Positions 53,216 to 63,469 of a DNA stretch of 64,000 nt are shown here, in pieces. The stretch is from the NCBI GenBank assembly GCA_963845565.1, contig CAWJSJ010000001.1:544001-608000 (forward strand), read 5' to 3'. The notes under the pieces were generated by a model, which made no database searches, had not been told where the DNA came from, and worked only from the letters and a program-made list of their open reading frames with translations. A program made the position numbers and the translations under genes. The DNA comes from an uncultured Methylomirabilota bacterium (lineage in GTDB: Bacteria > Methylomirabilota > Methylomirabilia > Methylomirabilales > 2-02-FULL-66-22). Within the stretch, counting starts at the first letter, position 1. The number at the start of each line of letters is the position of its first letter.

Positions 53216-55225
53216 CTAGACCTGGGCCAGCTCCGAGAGCAGCCCATCGATCTCGTTGAAGATTTGCTCGTCCTCGAAGAGATTCTGCACGATGGAACCG
53301 GACGGGCACGCCGCCACGCAGGTGCCGCAACCCTTGCACAGGGCCTCGTTGATCCATGCCTTCTTCTTGTCCTCCAGGAAGGAGATGGCCTTGTAGGGAC
53401 ATAGCGGCACGCACGACTTGCAGCCCGAGCAGTCCTCTTCCCGGATGTAGGCGGTGTTCGGTTCCAGCTCCATGTGGCCCGCGTCGATCAGGGCCAGGGC
53501 CTCGGCGGCCGCAGCCCCCGCTTGGGCCACGGTGTCTGGGATGTCGCGAGGCCCCTGACACGCGCCGGCGATGAACACCCCGTCGGTGAAGGTGTTCACC
53601 GGCGCCAGCTTGGGGTGCCGCTCGAGGAAGAAGCCCTCGGTGGCGCAGGAGATGTTGAACATGCGCCGGACATCCTGGGCATCGGCGCGCGGCTCCAGCC
53701 CTTGAGCCAGGATCACCATGTCCAGGGGGACCCGGCGGACCGAGCCGATCAGGGTGTCTTCCACCCGGACGACGAGCTTGCCTTCCTCTTGCGGGGTCAT
53801 CGCCCAGTCGGTCACCTCGGCCACGCGCCCACGGATGAAGTGCACGCCTTCCTTCAAGAGCTTGTCGTAGAACTCCTCGTAGCCCTTCCCCGGGGTCCGC
53901 ATGTCGATGTAGAAGTTGTAGACCTCGGCTCCGGTGTGTTCCTTCACCAGATGCGCCAGTTTCAGGGAGTACATGCAGCAGACGCGGGAGCACCACCGAT
54001 TGGTTTTCTCGTCACGCGAGCCCACGCAGTGGATGATCCCCACCGCCTTGGGATGGCTGCCGTCCCGCAGGACGACCTCGCCGCCGGTGGGGCCGGAGGC
54101 GTTGACGAGCCGTTCCACCTCCAGCGCGGTGTAGACGTTCGGGTAGGTTCCGTAGCCGTAATACGGCGTCTTGGCCGGATCGAAGGGCTGGAACCCGGTA
54201 GCCAGGATGATGGTCCCAACCTCGATGTCCTTGAACTCCTCGGTTTGCGTGAAGTCGATGCACTCCCGATCGCAAGCCTCGATACACGTCTGCTTGCACT
54301 TTCCCTTCTTGAGTTGCAGACACGTCTCGGGGTCGAAAAGGACGACCTGGGGCGTGGCCTGGGGGAAGGGGATGTAGACGGGCTTCCGCTTGCTCAGGCC
54401 CACGTTGAACTCGTCGGGGAAGCGGGCGTCCTTGTAGATGCAGGCCGTCACGCATTCCATGCAGCCCACGCAGAGGTCTTCTTTGATATAGCGGGGCTTC
54501 CGTTTCACCTTGATCTTGTAGTTGCCGACGTAGCCCTCGACGTTTGCCACCTCGGAGTAGGTCCAGAGGGTGATGTTGGGGTGTGATTTGACCGCCGACA
54601 TCTTGGGGGTCAGGATACAGGCGGCGCAGTCGAGCGTCGGGAAGGTCTTGTCGAACATGGCCATGTGGCCGCCGATGGTCGGTTCACGCTCGACGAGATA
54701 CACATGCTTCCCTGCGTTCGCCAAGGTCAGCGCCGCGTGGATGCCGGCGATCCCGCCGCCGACCACGAGCACGGCGGCGTTGATGGGGACCTTCTTCGGC
54801 TCCAGAGCCTTGTGGGAAAAGACGCGCCGGATCGCAGCCCGGGTGAGGTCCTTGGCTTTCTGTGTCGCGGCAGCCTGATCGGTGTGCACCCAGGAGACGT
54901 TCTCGCGGATGTTGACCATCTGGAAAAAGAACGGGTTCAACCCGCCCTGTTCCGTGGCGTGGCGGAAGGTGTGCTCGTGCAGCAGGGGAGAGCAGGAGGC
55001 CACCACGATCCGGTTGAGCTTCTGTTCCCGGATATCCTGCTGGATCAGCTCCTGCCCCGGATCGGAGCACATGTACTTGTACTCGCGCGACACGACGACG
55101 CCGTTGAGCGTGGCGACGTAGTCCGCCACGGCCTTCACGTCCACCGTGCCCGCGATGTTCGTGCCGCAATGGCACACGTAGAACCCGATGCGTGGTGTCC
55201 CGTTGGTGGGCGTCGCGTCAGGCAT
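53216..55225 (-). CDS. hdrA: Heterodisulfide reductase subunit A (FAD, Fe-S)
   Basis: RIGFYVCHCGTNIA, ASCSP, GGGIAG, DKTFPTLDCAACILTP, HCVGSRD, CSRVCCMY and ferredoxin motifs. Confidence 0.96.
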   Translation of the reverse strand: MPDATPTNGTPRIGFYVCHCGTNIAGTVDVKAVADYVATLNGVVVSREYKYMCSDPGQELIQQDIREQKLNRIVVASCSPLLHEHTFRHATEQGGLNPFFFQMVNIRENVSWVHTDQAAATQKAKDLTRAAIRRVFSHKALEPKKVPINAAVLVVGGGIAGIHAALTLANAGKHVYLVEREPTIGGHMAMFDKTFPTLDCAACILTPKMSAVKSHPNITLWTYSEVANVEGYVGNYKIKVKRKPRYIKEDLCVGCMECVTACIYKDARFPDEFNVGLSKRKPVYIPFPQATPQVVLFDPETCLQLKKGKCKQTCIEACDRECIDFTQTEEFKDIEVGTIILATGFQPFDPAKTPYYGYGTYPNVYTALEVERLVNASGPTGGEVVLRDGSHPKAVGIIHCVGSRDEKTNRWCSRVCCMYSLKLAHLVKEHTGAEVYNFYIDMRTPGKGYEEFYDKLLKEGVHFIRGRVAEVTDWAMTPQEEGKLVVRVEDTLIGSVRRVPLDMVILAQGLEPRADAQDVRRMFNISCATEGFFLERHPKLAPVNTFTDGVFIAGACQGPRDIPDTVAQAGAAAAEALALIDAGHMELEPNTAYIREEDCSGCKSCVPLCPYKAISFLEDKKKAWINEALCKGCGTCVAACPSGSIVQNLFEDEQIFNEIDGLLSELAQV

Positions 55226-56126
55226 GGGCCGTTTTCCCTCCTTCCTGGGCCGCCGGCACCCGGGCGGGCGGGACGAACATTCGTTGCAGGCCAAGCGCGG
55301 TGTCCGATAACCCGAACGCCTGGCCGATCATCTGGGTCAGGTACATGACCGGAAGTCCTACATCGTCATGGAACTTCCGGCGCATTTCTCCCTGGTAGCA
55401 TTCGAGGTTGAACTGGCAGAGAGGACACACCGTGACGATGGCGTCCGCCTTGCGGCGCTTCGCCTCGTTCAGAAGGATCCGGTTGAGGCGGAGGCCAACC
55501 TCCGGGATCGTGCCGTTGAGGGTTCCCCCGCAGCATCGGGTCTTCAAGGGCCAATCCACCGGTGTCGCGCCCAGCGCGGTCACGAGGCGGTCCATCGTCG
55601 TGGGGTTGTGGACGGTATCGAAAGCCGCAAAGGGCCGGACGACCTGACACCCGTAGTAACAGGCGACTTTCATTCCCTTGAGCGGCTGTGTGACGCGCCT
55701 GGCAATCCGGTCCGTCCCGACATCGTTCACCAGGACGTCCAGGGGGTGGCGAACCTGGACGCGGCCCTCGTAGGAAAGATGGATAGCCTGCAGGCCGGCA
55801 GTGACTTTTTGCTTGAGGTCGGCGTGCTCGGCGAGGTAGCGCTGCGTCTTGAGGAGGACGAGATAGCACGCCGCGCAGGGCGCGAGGATCTGGGCGGGTT
55901 TCCCGTTGGCGCCGCCCGGCGCGTTTTCGGCCAGGGCCAGATTCCGGGCGGCCAGGGCAAACGCCTGGACTTCGTCCACGGCCATGTACGCCGTGGCGCC
56001 GCAGCAGTTCCAGTCGTCGATCTCCTCGACCGGGACCTCGAGCGCGCGGAGGACGGCCAGCAGGGATTCCTCGTAGGAGCGGCCGCTGCTCTTCAGGGAA
56101 CAGCCGGGAAAGTACTGGTAGCGCAT
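55218..56126 (-). CDS. hdrB: Heterodisulfide reductase subunit B
   Basis: YFPGCS, WNCCGA, PCAAC, YYGC, RCCGG and VCPLC (two CCG domains). Confidence 0.95.
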   Translation of the reverse strand: MRYQYFPGCSLKSSGRSYEESLLAVLRALEVPVEEIDDWNCCGATAYMAVDEVQAFALAARNLALAENAPGGANGKPAQILAPCAACYLVLLKTQRYLAEHADLKQKVTAGLQAIHLSYEGRVQVRHPLDVLVNDVGTDRIARRVTQPLKGMKVACYYGCQVVRPFAAFDTVHNPTTMDRLVTALGATPVDWPLKTRCCGGTLNGTIPEVGLRLNRILLNEAKRRKADAIVTVCPLCQFNLECYQGEMRRKFHDDVGLPVMYLTQMIGQAFGLSDTALGLQRMFVPPARVPAAQEGGKTAHA

Positions 56127-56770
56127 CACCGTCCTCCTTCCGGCTGCTTGGCGGCGCGCAGGAGTGTTCCGATATCACCCGGGCGCTTCATGCGTTCCTC
56201 ACGCAGCGAGAGCCGGCCCGTGCGCCAGAGCCGGAACGCCAGCATGGTGTTTTTCAGCATGCCGAACGGGTTGGTCTTCAGGAAGAACTTGACCATGAGG
56301 GGGCCTTCGCTGTTCCGGCCCGTCTTCTCCACACCGCGGAAAAATTCTCGGGCGAGCACGGGGGCTGGGAAGCGCTTGGGGTACATGCCTTGCGCCATGG
56401 CCTCTTGCTTCAGGGCGTACATGACATCGGTGATCTTGATCTCGCGCGGACATTCACACGTGCAGGAGTAGCAGGAGGCGCAGAGCCAGATGGTGACACT
56501 GTTCAGGACCTCTTGCCGGAAGCCTTCCCGCACCATGGCGATGATCCGGCGGGGCGTGAAATCCATGTAGTGGCTGACGGGACAGGTACCGCTGCAGGTG
56601 CCGCACTGGATGCAGCTGAACATCTTCTCGCCATACGCGAGCGTGGCGATTCGATCGCTGAAGGTGGGGTCCAGCTCGGATTCGTACTTGATGTTGCGTC
56701 GAAGGTCTGCGGGTTGGCGAACGGGGGGAGAGGATGCCGGTGGTCGCGGGGGTGCGGGGTCACGCTGCAT
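56126..56770 (-). CDS. hdrC: Heterodisulfide reductase subunit C
   Basis: CIQCGTCSGTCP and WLCASCYSCTCECP. Confidence 0.93.
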   Translation of the reverse strand: MQRDPAPPRPPASSPPVRQPADLRRNIKYESELDPTFSDRIATLAYGEKMFSCIQCGTCSGTCPVSHYMDFTPRRIIAMVREGFRQEVLNSVTIWLCASCYSCTCECPREIKITDVMYALKQEAMAQGMYPKRFPAPVLAREFFRGVEKTGRNSEGPLMVKFFLKTNPFGMLKNTMLAFRLWRTGRLSLREERMKRPGDIGTLLRAAKQPEGGR

Positions 56771-57102
56771 GGCGCTCAGCCTCCTCCTTGAATGGTCACC
56801 ACACGGGATCGGTCACACAGATCGTACACCTCGAGATAGGTACGCGGTTGTCCGCCAGGAAGAGGGCCGACGGCTCAACTCCCCGACTCCACACGGCGTT
56901 TTCGGCGGGTTGCGGACACCCAAAACAGAACGAGGATCAATCCTGTTGCCAGGGTGAAACGCAGTCTACGCCGTCCGGACGCCAGGTCAAGGGGTGATGG
57001 AGGTTTGTCTGCGCGGCCATGCATTGGGTGGGTGGGAAGGGAACATCCACGACAAGCCCGGATCGGTGGACAGTTTGTCAGTCGGGATCTGGAGGTCAAT
57101 CC

Positions 57103-57951
57103 CTAGTGGGCCGCCCGCGCCGGGCGGTCGCGGAGGTAGGTGTACCACGCCTCCATCCCCTGGCCCGTCTTGGCGGAGACCTCGAAAATGGTCGCGTCGG
57201 GCGCGACCCGGCGGATGTTGCGGAGCGCCGTCTCCCGATCGAATCCCACGGCGGCGGCGAGGTCCATCTTGTTGACCACCACCACCTGGGCGCTCTGGAA
57301 CATGACCGGGTACTTCAGGGGCTTGTCTTCGCCTTCGGTGACGGACAGCAGCACCACGCGGGCGCGCTCGCCCAGGTCGTAGACGGCGGGGCAGACGAGA
57401 TTGCCCACGTTCTCGATGACCAGGACGTCGAGGGCGCTCAGGTCCAGGCGCTCCAGGGCGCGGGCGACCATCTCGGCGTCGAGATGGCAGACGCTGCCCG
57501 TGGTGATCTGGATCGCGGGAATGCCATGCCCGCGGAGGCGGATGGCGTCATTGTCCGTGGCCAAATCCCCCACGATGACGCCGAGGCGGAGGCGCGTCCC
57601 CAGATCGGCGGCCGTCCGTTCGAGGAAGGCGGTCTTGCCCGCGCCGGGCGACGCCAGGACGTTCAGGACGAACAGCCCCTTCGCCTGGAAGTAGCCCCGA
57701 TTGCGTTCGGCCAGGCGATCGTTCTTCTGCAAGATTCCCTGCTCGACCTGGAGCGTCCGGTGCTCGTCGTGGGCATGCGGGTGCCCGTGGTCGTGCGCAT
57801 GGTCATGATCGTGCCCGTGCGGATGCGGGTGCGGATGGCTGTGGTCATGGGGGTGCTGGTGCTCGTCGGAATGGCTGGGGCCGGCTGCGCCCACTCGCGC
57901 ACCATCGATGGCCACGTCGCCGGGGAGTCCGCACCCACAATCCTTACACAT
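57103..57951 (-). CDS. hypB: Hydrogenase nickel incorporation GTPase
   Basis: MCKDCGC, His-rich stretch, [21 protein letters not shown] and NKMD. Confidence 0.97.
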   Translation of the reverse strand: MCKDCGCGLPGDVAIDGARVGAAGPSHSDEHQHPHDHSHPHPHPHGHDHDHAHDHGHPHAHDEHRTLQVEQGILQKNDRLAERNRGYFQAKGLFVLNVLASPGAGKTAFLERTAADLGTRLRLGVIVGDLATDNDAIRLRGHGIPAIQITTGSVCHLDAEMVARALERLDLSALDVLVIENVGNLVCPAVYDLGERARVVLLSVTEGEDKPLKYPVMFQSAQVVVVNKMDLAAAVGFDRETALRNIRRVAPDATIFEVSAKTGQGMEAWYTYLRDRPARAAH

Positions 57952-57952
57952 C

Positions 57953-58294
57953 TCAGGATACCTCCAGGCTGGTCAACTGCAACTCACGGCCGCGGCGGAT
58001 ATCTGTGCTGGGCCGGGCGCATCGCGGGCACTCGCAGACGAGATCCGCCGGCGTGAATTCCTGGGCACACGCGGGACAGAAGCACGTGACGGGGATGCGC
58101 TCGATGTCGAGCGTGGCCCCCTCGGCCATCGTCCCCTTGGCGACGATCTCGAAGGCAAACTCCAGCGTCTCCGGGACGGCGCCCGAGAGGGCGCCGACCT
58201 TCATCGCCACTCGATGAATCCGCTGGGCGCCCGCCTCGCGCGCCTGCCGGGTTGCGATGATGACCGTATCCTGCATCAGACTGACTTCATGCAC
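57953..58294 (-). CDS. hypA: Hydrogenase nickel metallochaperone
   Basis: GTG start [21 protein letters not shown], two CxxC and GRELQL. Confidence 0.95.
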   Translation of the reverse strand: MHEVSLMQDTVIIATRQAREAGAQRIHRVAMKVGALSGAVPETLEFAFEIVAKGTMAEGATLDIERIPVTCFCPACAQEFTPADLVCECPRCARPSTDIRRGRELQLTSLEVS

Positions 58295-58422
58295 CTCGTG
58301 TCCCCTCCGATCGGCAGAGCCCACCATCACTCTGCCACAGCAAGCCACGATCGGCAAGGTGGGACGCCCGATTGTACGAGAATGCGTTGATCCGGCCAAC
58401 CGCGAGCCTTCGCGGGAACCGC

Positions 58423-60736
58423 TCAGTTGTCGTCCGTCGCGTCGCGTCGCGTTTTTTCTTGGGCGGCCTTGCGGAGGGCGAGGCTGAACCAGTCGTTGGC
58501 GGGCTTTGCCGTCGCACGCGGGGCCCGCGGCGCTGCGGGGCTGGGGCGTCGGCCGGCGTCGGCCGGCGCGCCCTGGGAGGTGCGGGTGGCGTCGGGGTCG
58601 GGCTGGCGCTTCATGGAAAGGCCGATTCGCTTCCGCGCCAGGTCGACTTCCAAAACGGTGACCTGGACCCGCTGATGGACCTTGACCACGTCCGCGGGCT
58701 CCTTCACGAAGCGGTCGGCGAGCTGGCTGACATGCACCAGGCCGTCCTGATGGACGCCGATGTCCACGAAGGCCCCGAAGGCGGTGACGTTGGTGACGAT
58801 GCCCGGCAGCGTCATGCCGGGTTGGAGGTCTTCCAGTCTGGTCACGCCCTCGGCGAAGGCAAAGGATTCGAACTGCGCGCGCGGGTCGCGGCCGGGCTTG
58901 GCGAGTTCCTCGAGAATGTCCTGCAATGTCGGCAGGCCGACCGTATCGGTGAGGTACCGCTCCAGCCGGATCTGGGCACGGAGGTCCGGACGGGCCATGA
59001 GGTCCTGCACCGTGCAGCCGAGGTCGGCGGCCATCCGTCTCCACCACGCCGTAGCTCTCCGGGTGTACCGCGCTGGCGTCGAGGGGGTTTTCCCCGTCGC
59101 GGATGCGCAGGAATCCTGCCGCTTGCTCGAACGCCTTCGGGCCCAGACGTTTCACCTTGAGCAGGTCCCGGCGTGACGTGAACGGGCCTTGCTCGTTCCG
59201 GTGGAGGACGATGTTGGCCGCGGTCACGCCGTTCAGACCAGAGACATAGCTCAGGAGCTGCTTGCTGGCGGTGTTGACCTCGACCCCCACGGCGTTCACG
59301 CAGCTCCCGACCACCTCGTCGAGCGAGCGCTTGAGGGCTTTCTGGTCCACATCGTGCTGGTACTGGCCCACCCCAATGGATTTGGGATCGATCTTCACCA
59401 GCTCCGCCAGCGGGTCCATCAGGCGCCGCCCGATGGACACGGCGCCCCGCACGGTGATGTCCTGATCCGGGAACTCGTCTCGCGCGGCCTCGGAGGCGGA
59501 GTAGACGGACGCGCCGCTCTCGTTCACGACCACCACGGAGATCGCAGGGGGCAGGTCCAGCGCGCGGACGAAGGCTTCCGTTTCGCGGCTCGCCGTGCCG
59601 TTGCCGATCGCCACGGCGTCGATCTGAAAGCGACTGCATAGCGCCAGGACGGTCTGCCGGGCGACGTCGCGCTGCCGGTCGGATTGCTCGATGAAGATGA
59701 CGTCGTGGTGGAGGAGCTTCCCTTGCCGGTCCAGGCACACGATCTTGCATCCGGTCCGGAAACCAGGGTCGATGCCCAGGACGGTCTTTCCGCCGAGGGG
59801 CGGGGAGAGGAGCAACTCGCGCAAATTGGCGGCGAAGACACGGATCGCTTCCGCATCCGCACGCTGCTTGGCTTCCAGCCGTGCCTCGGTCTCGATCGAG
59901 GGTTCGAGCAGGCGCCGGTACCCGTCCTCAATGGCGAGACGGACCTGCTCGGCGGCCGGACTGGCGTTCTTGAGGAACATGCCGTTCAGCAGCACGATGG
60001 CCTCGTCTTCGGGCGGCATCAATCGGCTGGTGAGCATACCTTCCGTTTCGCCCCGACGGATCGCCAGGATCCGGTGCGACGGCGCCTTGGCGGCAGGCTC
60101 CTCCCACTCGTAGTAGTCCTTGAACTTGGCGCCGTCGACTTCTTTGCCGGGGACGACCTTCGAGCGCAGGACGCCCTTGGTGGTGAAGAGGCTGCGGACG
60201 GCCATGCGGGCAGCGGTATCGTCGCTGACCCGCTCCGCAAGGATGTCACGGGCCCCGGCCAGCGCCTCATCGGCGGTTGCAACGCCCGCCTCTTGGTTGA
60301 CAAACGGCGCGGCGCCGCCGGACGGATCGGTGGCCGGGTCCTGCGCCCACAGCAGGTCGGCGAGCGGCTCCAGCCCCTTCTCCCGGGCAATCATGGCGCG
60401 CGTGCGGCGTTTCGGACGGTAGGGTTGATAGATATCCTCCAGCGCGGTCAACGTCGCCGCGCCCTCGAGGGCCGCCGCGAGGTCATCGGTCAAGAGTTGG
60501 CGTTCGACGAGGGATTTCACGATCGCCTCTCGCCGCTCGGCCAGGGCCTGGAGTTGCTCGAGACGGTCGCGAATGCCAGCGACGGCGACCTCGTCCAGCG
60601 AGCCGGTCTGCTCCTTGCGGTAGCGGGCGATGAAGGGAATCGTGCCGCCGTCCGCCAAGAGCGCCGCGGTCGCTTCGACCTGGCGTCGCGGGATGTGCAA
60701 TTCTTCGGCGATCGTCTCCAGGAATGTGTCGCGCAT
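58423..60736 (-). CDS. tex: Tex family RNA-binding transcriptional accessory protein; frameshift near 59040
   Basis: TIPFIARYRKE, GIDPGFRTGCK, NESGASVYSAS and IGVGQYQHD; S1 domain (FGAFVDIGVHQDGLVH) in ORF 58423-59034. Confidence 0.93.
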
Positions 60737-60810
60737 ATGATACTCGCTCCTTGGGGTTTCAGGACAGTCGGCCGGGGATGTCGCAGCGGCGTGTCCGTGC
60801 AGAGGGCAGC

Positions 60811-60891
60811 CTTGTACACCGCGGCGAGGCGGATGTCAAGCGCGGCCCCGGCGTTTTTTCTTTGACACCACCGCGGCGAGTGGGCGAGAGT
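60811..60891. promoter_or_regulatory. Back-to-back sigma70-like promoters for tex and the RlmL-like gene
   Basis: Minus strand TTGACA (60839-60834), 17 bp, TACAAG; plus strand TTGACA (60862), 18 bp, GAGAGT; CACCGCGGCGAG occurs in both spacers. Confidence 0.5.
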
Positions 60892-61029
60892 TGCGTGACC
60901 GTGGGCGAGGCTCGGCTGGGCGACCTGGCCGTCTCTGGAATCCAGGCGGCGGCGCGCCGAGGGCGGAAAGCGCGGAGGTACGGACATGCGTTGGGATAAC
61001 CGCAGGCGGATCATCACGAGAGGAGCGGG

Positions 61030-62154
61030 GTGACGACCTTTTTTGCCACAGCATCCGCCGGGACCGAGGATCTACTCGCCGACGAGCTGCAGACGCTCCA
61101 ACTGCGGAGTGTGCGCGCCGGACGGGGCGGCGTGCGATTCGTGGGCGACATTGCCGACGCCCTGCGCGCCTGTCTGTGGTCGCGTATCGCCATGCGGGTG
61201 CTGCTGCCGATCGCCGATTACGCCGCCGCCGACGCCGACGCGCTGTATGCCGGCGCGCGCGACGTGCGCTGGGAGGAGCATGTCAACGAGCGCCTGACAT
61301 TCGCCGTGGACGCAGTGGGACGCACCGAAGCGCTCGGTCACACGCATTTCACTGCACTCAAGGTGAAGGACGCGGTCGTGGACGTCCTGCGGGACCGCCG
61401 GGGGGCACGTCCCAGCGTGAACGTGGAGGACCCGGACGTGCGGATCGTGGCGCATCTTGCCGGCGGTCGGGTGCACCTCGCCCTCGACCTGGCCGGCGAG
61501 CCGCTCTTCAAGCGCGGCTGGCGGTTGGCCCAGACCGAGGCGACGCTCAAGGAGACGCTGGCGGCGGCCATCCTGCGGGCCTGCGGTTACGATGGGACGC
61601 GGCCGCTGATCGATCCGATGTGCGGCTCCGGCACGCTCGCCGTGGAGGCGGGGCTGATCGCTCAGAACCACGCCCCCGGCATGCACCGGAAACTGGGAAT
61701 CGAGCGATGGGCCTCCTTCGACGAGACCCAGCGCGCCGAGCTCCGGCGCCTGCGCGACGAGGCCCGGCGAGGCGTGCGGCGGGGCGCGCCGCCGGTCATC
61801 GCGGGCGACCGCGATCCCGAGGCGATCCTCGCGACCCGGGCGAACGTCAAGCGTGCGGGGTTGCCGATCGAGGTGCGGCAAGCGGACGCGCGGGCCCTCG
61901 AACCCCTCGACCCCCCGGGGTTCGTGGTCGTGAACCCGCCCTGGGGGAAGCGTCTCGATGGGGGAGGACGCCGGCAGCTCAAGACGTTCTTCTGGCAACT
62001 CGGCCAGGCGTGGCGCGAACTGCACGGTCACCGCCTGGCGGTGCTCGCCGGTGGGCCGGAGTTCGAGAGCGCCTTCGGCGCTCGTCCCCAATCCCGGCGG
62101 CTGCTCTGGAACGGCCCGGTCCGCTGCATGCTGCTCATCTACGATCTCGACTGA
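61030..62154 (+). CDS. THUMP-domain RNA methyltransferase (RlmL/YpsC-like)
   Basis: CLWSRIAMRVL, THUMP domain, LKETLAAAIL, DPMCGSGT and NPPWG. Confidence 0.92.
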   Translation: MTTFFATASAGTEDLLADELQTLQLRSVRAGRGGVRFVGDIADALRACLWSRIAMRVLLPIADYAAADADALYAGARDVRWEEHVNERLTFAVDAVGRTEALGHTHFTALKVKDAVVDVLRDRRGARPSVNVEDPDVRIVAHLAGGRVHLALDLAGEPLFKRGWRLAQTEATLKETLAAAILRACGYDGTRPLIDPMCGSGTLAVEAGLIAQNHAPGMHRKLGIERWASFDETQRAELRRLRDEARRGVRRGAPPVIAGDRDPEAILATRANVKRAGLPIEVRQADARALEPLDPPGFVVVNPPWGKRLDGGGRRQLKTFFWQLGQAWRELHGHRLAVLAGGPEFESAFGARPQSRRLLWNGPVRCMLLIYDLD

Positions 62155-62176
62155 CCCGGTGAGAAAGGGAGGGGCG

Positions 62177-63340
62177 GTGTTTTCCCGCCGCACGACCTGG
62201 CAGGTGACGCCAAACCGTATCGCCGCGGCGCTGGCGGAGTACCGCCGGTCGGGACGACCATGGCTCGATCTCACCGGGACCAACCCGACCCGGGTCGGGT
62301 TGCCGATGCCAGCAGGGGAGATTCGCGAGGCGCTCGCGGATGCCCGCGGACTGTGGTACCAGCCGACACCGTTCGGCCATGTCGAGGCGCGGGCGGCGGT
62401 GGCCGCCTATCACGGGGGGGCGGTGTCGCCGGAGCGCGTGGTGCTGACCGCGAGCACCAGCGAGGCGTACGCGCTCCTGTTCAAGCTCTTGGGGAACCCC
62501 GGCGACCGCATCCTGGCGCCCGTGCCGAGTTACCCTCTGTTCGAGTACCTGGCGGGCCTCGAGAGCCTGGAGGTCGTGCCGTATCCCTCCCGGTGGGACG
62601 GCGACGGCTGGTCCATCGACCTATCCGCGCTGGACGAGCGCATCGACGACCGGACGCGGGCAATCCTGGTGGTCAGCCCGAACAATCCCACCGGGGCGGT
62701 CATCCGGCGCGCGGAAGCCGACCGGGTGCTGGCGCTGTGCCGGGAGCGAGGTCTGGCGCTCATCAGCGACGAGGTCTTTGCGGATCATGTGTTCACCGAG
62801 GCACCCTCGTGTTCGCGGTCGTTCGCCGGACGGAGCGAGGCACTGGTCTTTGTCCTGAGCGGGTTGTCCAAGATCTGTCTCCTGCCGCAACTCAAGGCGG
62901 CGTGGATTGCGGTGAGCGGCCCCCGCGACCTGGCCGACGACGCCCTGGCGCGCCTGGAGGTCGTGACCGATACCTATCTGTCGGTGAACACGCCGGTTCA
63001 ACTCGCGCTCCCGCGGCTCCTGGCGCTGCGCGAGCGCATCCGGGCGCCCCTCATGGCGCGGCTTGCGGCCAACCGCGCGACCCTGGAGACGGCTCTGCGC
63101 GGCAGCGCGGCGACCCCGTTGCGGGCCGATGGGGGGTGGTCGGCGGTCATCCGGGTGCCGCGTCATCCGGGCGAAGAGGAGCGGGTCCTGCGCCTGCTCG
63201 CGCGCCACGGACTGTCGGTGCACCCCGGTTTCTTTTTCGATTTTCCGACGGAGGCATTCCTGGTCGTGAGTCTGATCGGGCCCGAAGACGACTTTGCCCG
63301 CAGTGCCTCGATCCTGGCAACGGATGCGGACGAGGTCTGA
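62177..63340 (+). CDS. PLP-dependent aminotransferase class I/II
   Basis: TASTSEAY, PSYPLF, SPNNPTG, ISDEVF and SGLSK. Confidence 0.92.
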   Translation: MFSRRTTWQVTPNRIAAALAEYRRSGRPWLDLTGTNPTRVGLPMPAGEIREALADARGLWYQPTPFGHVEARAAVAAYHGGAVSPERVVLTASTSEAYALLFKLLGNPGDRILAPVPSYPLFEYLAGLESLEVVPYPSRWDGDGWSIDLSALDERIDDRTRAILVVSPNNPTGAVIRRAEADRVLALCRERGLALISDEVFADHVFTEAPSCSRSFAGRSEALVFVLSGLSKICLLPQLKAAWIAVSGPRDLADDALARLEVVTDTYLSVNTPVQLALPRLLALRERIRAPLMARLAANRATLETALRGSAATPLRADGGWSAVIRVPRHPGEEERVLRLLARHGLSVHPGFFFDFPTEAFLVVSLIGPEDDFARSASILATDADEV

Positions 63341-63369
63341 GGGCGTGTTGCACGGCACAGTGTGTGTAC

Positions 63370-63469
63370 GCCGCTGTCAAAGAATGACTTGACTGGAGAC
63401 ATGCCGGAAACGACATAAGGAGCCGTAACGAAATTTCAAAAATGGCCATGTTATTTCGTAAAGGCTCCC
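63370..63469 (+). mobile_element. Twin-hairpin miniature element, family 2, copy d (diverged)
   Basis: GCTGTCAAAGAATGAC..GAAACGACATAAGGAGCCGTAACGAAAT..ATTTCGTAAAGGCTCC. Confidence 0.8.

Noticed and set aside
50048..55225. Selenocysteine recoding in HdrA, MvhD or MvhA
   Set aside because: All relevant ligand positions are Cys codons; the mvhA break is a frameshift, not an in-frame TGA.
57953..60736. 927-aa ORF suggesting a Tex-HypA fusion
   Set aside because: A frameshift near 59040 moves Tex into the HypA frame. The Tex S1 domain is in ORF 58423-59034 and HypA has its own GTG start and RBS.
60900..61020. Possible riboswitch upstream of the RlmL-like gene
   Set aside because: GC-rich and foldable, but no known aptamer consensus and no second copy to test structure.
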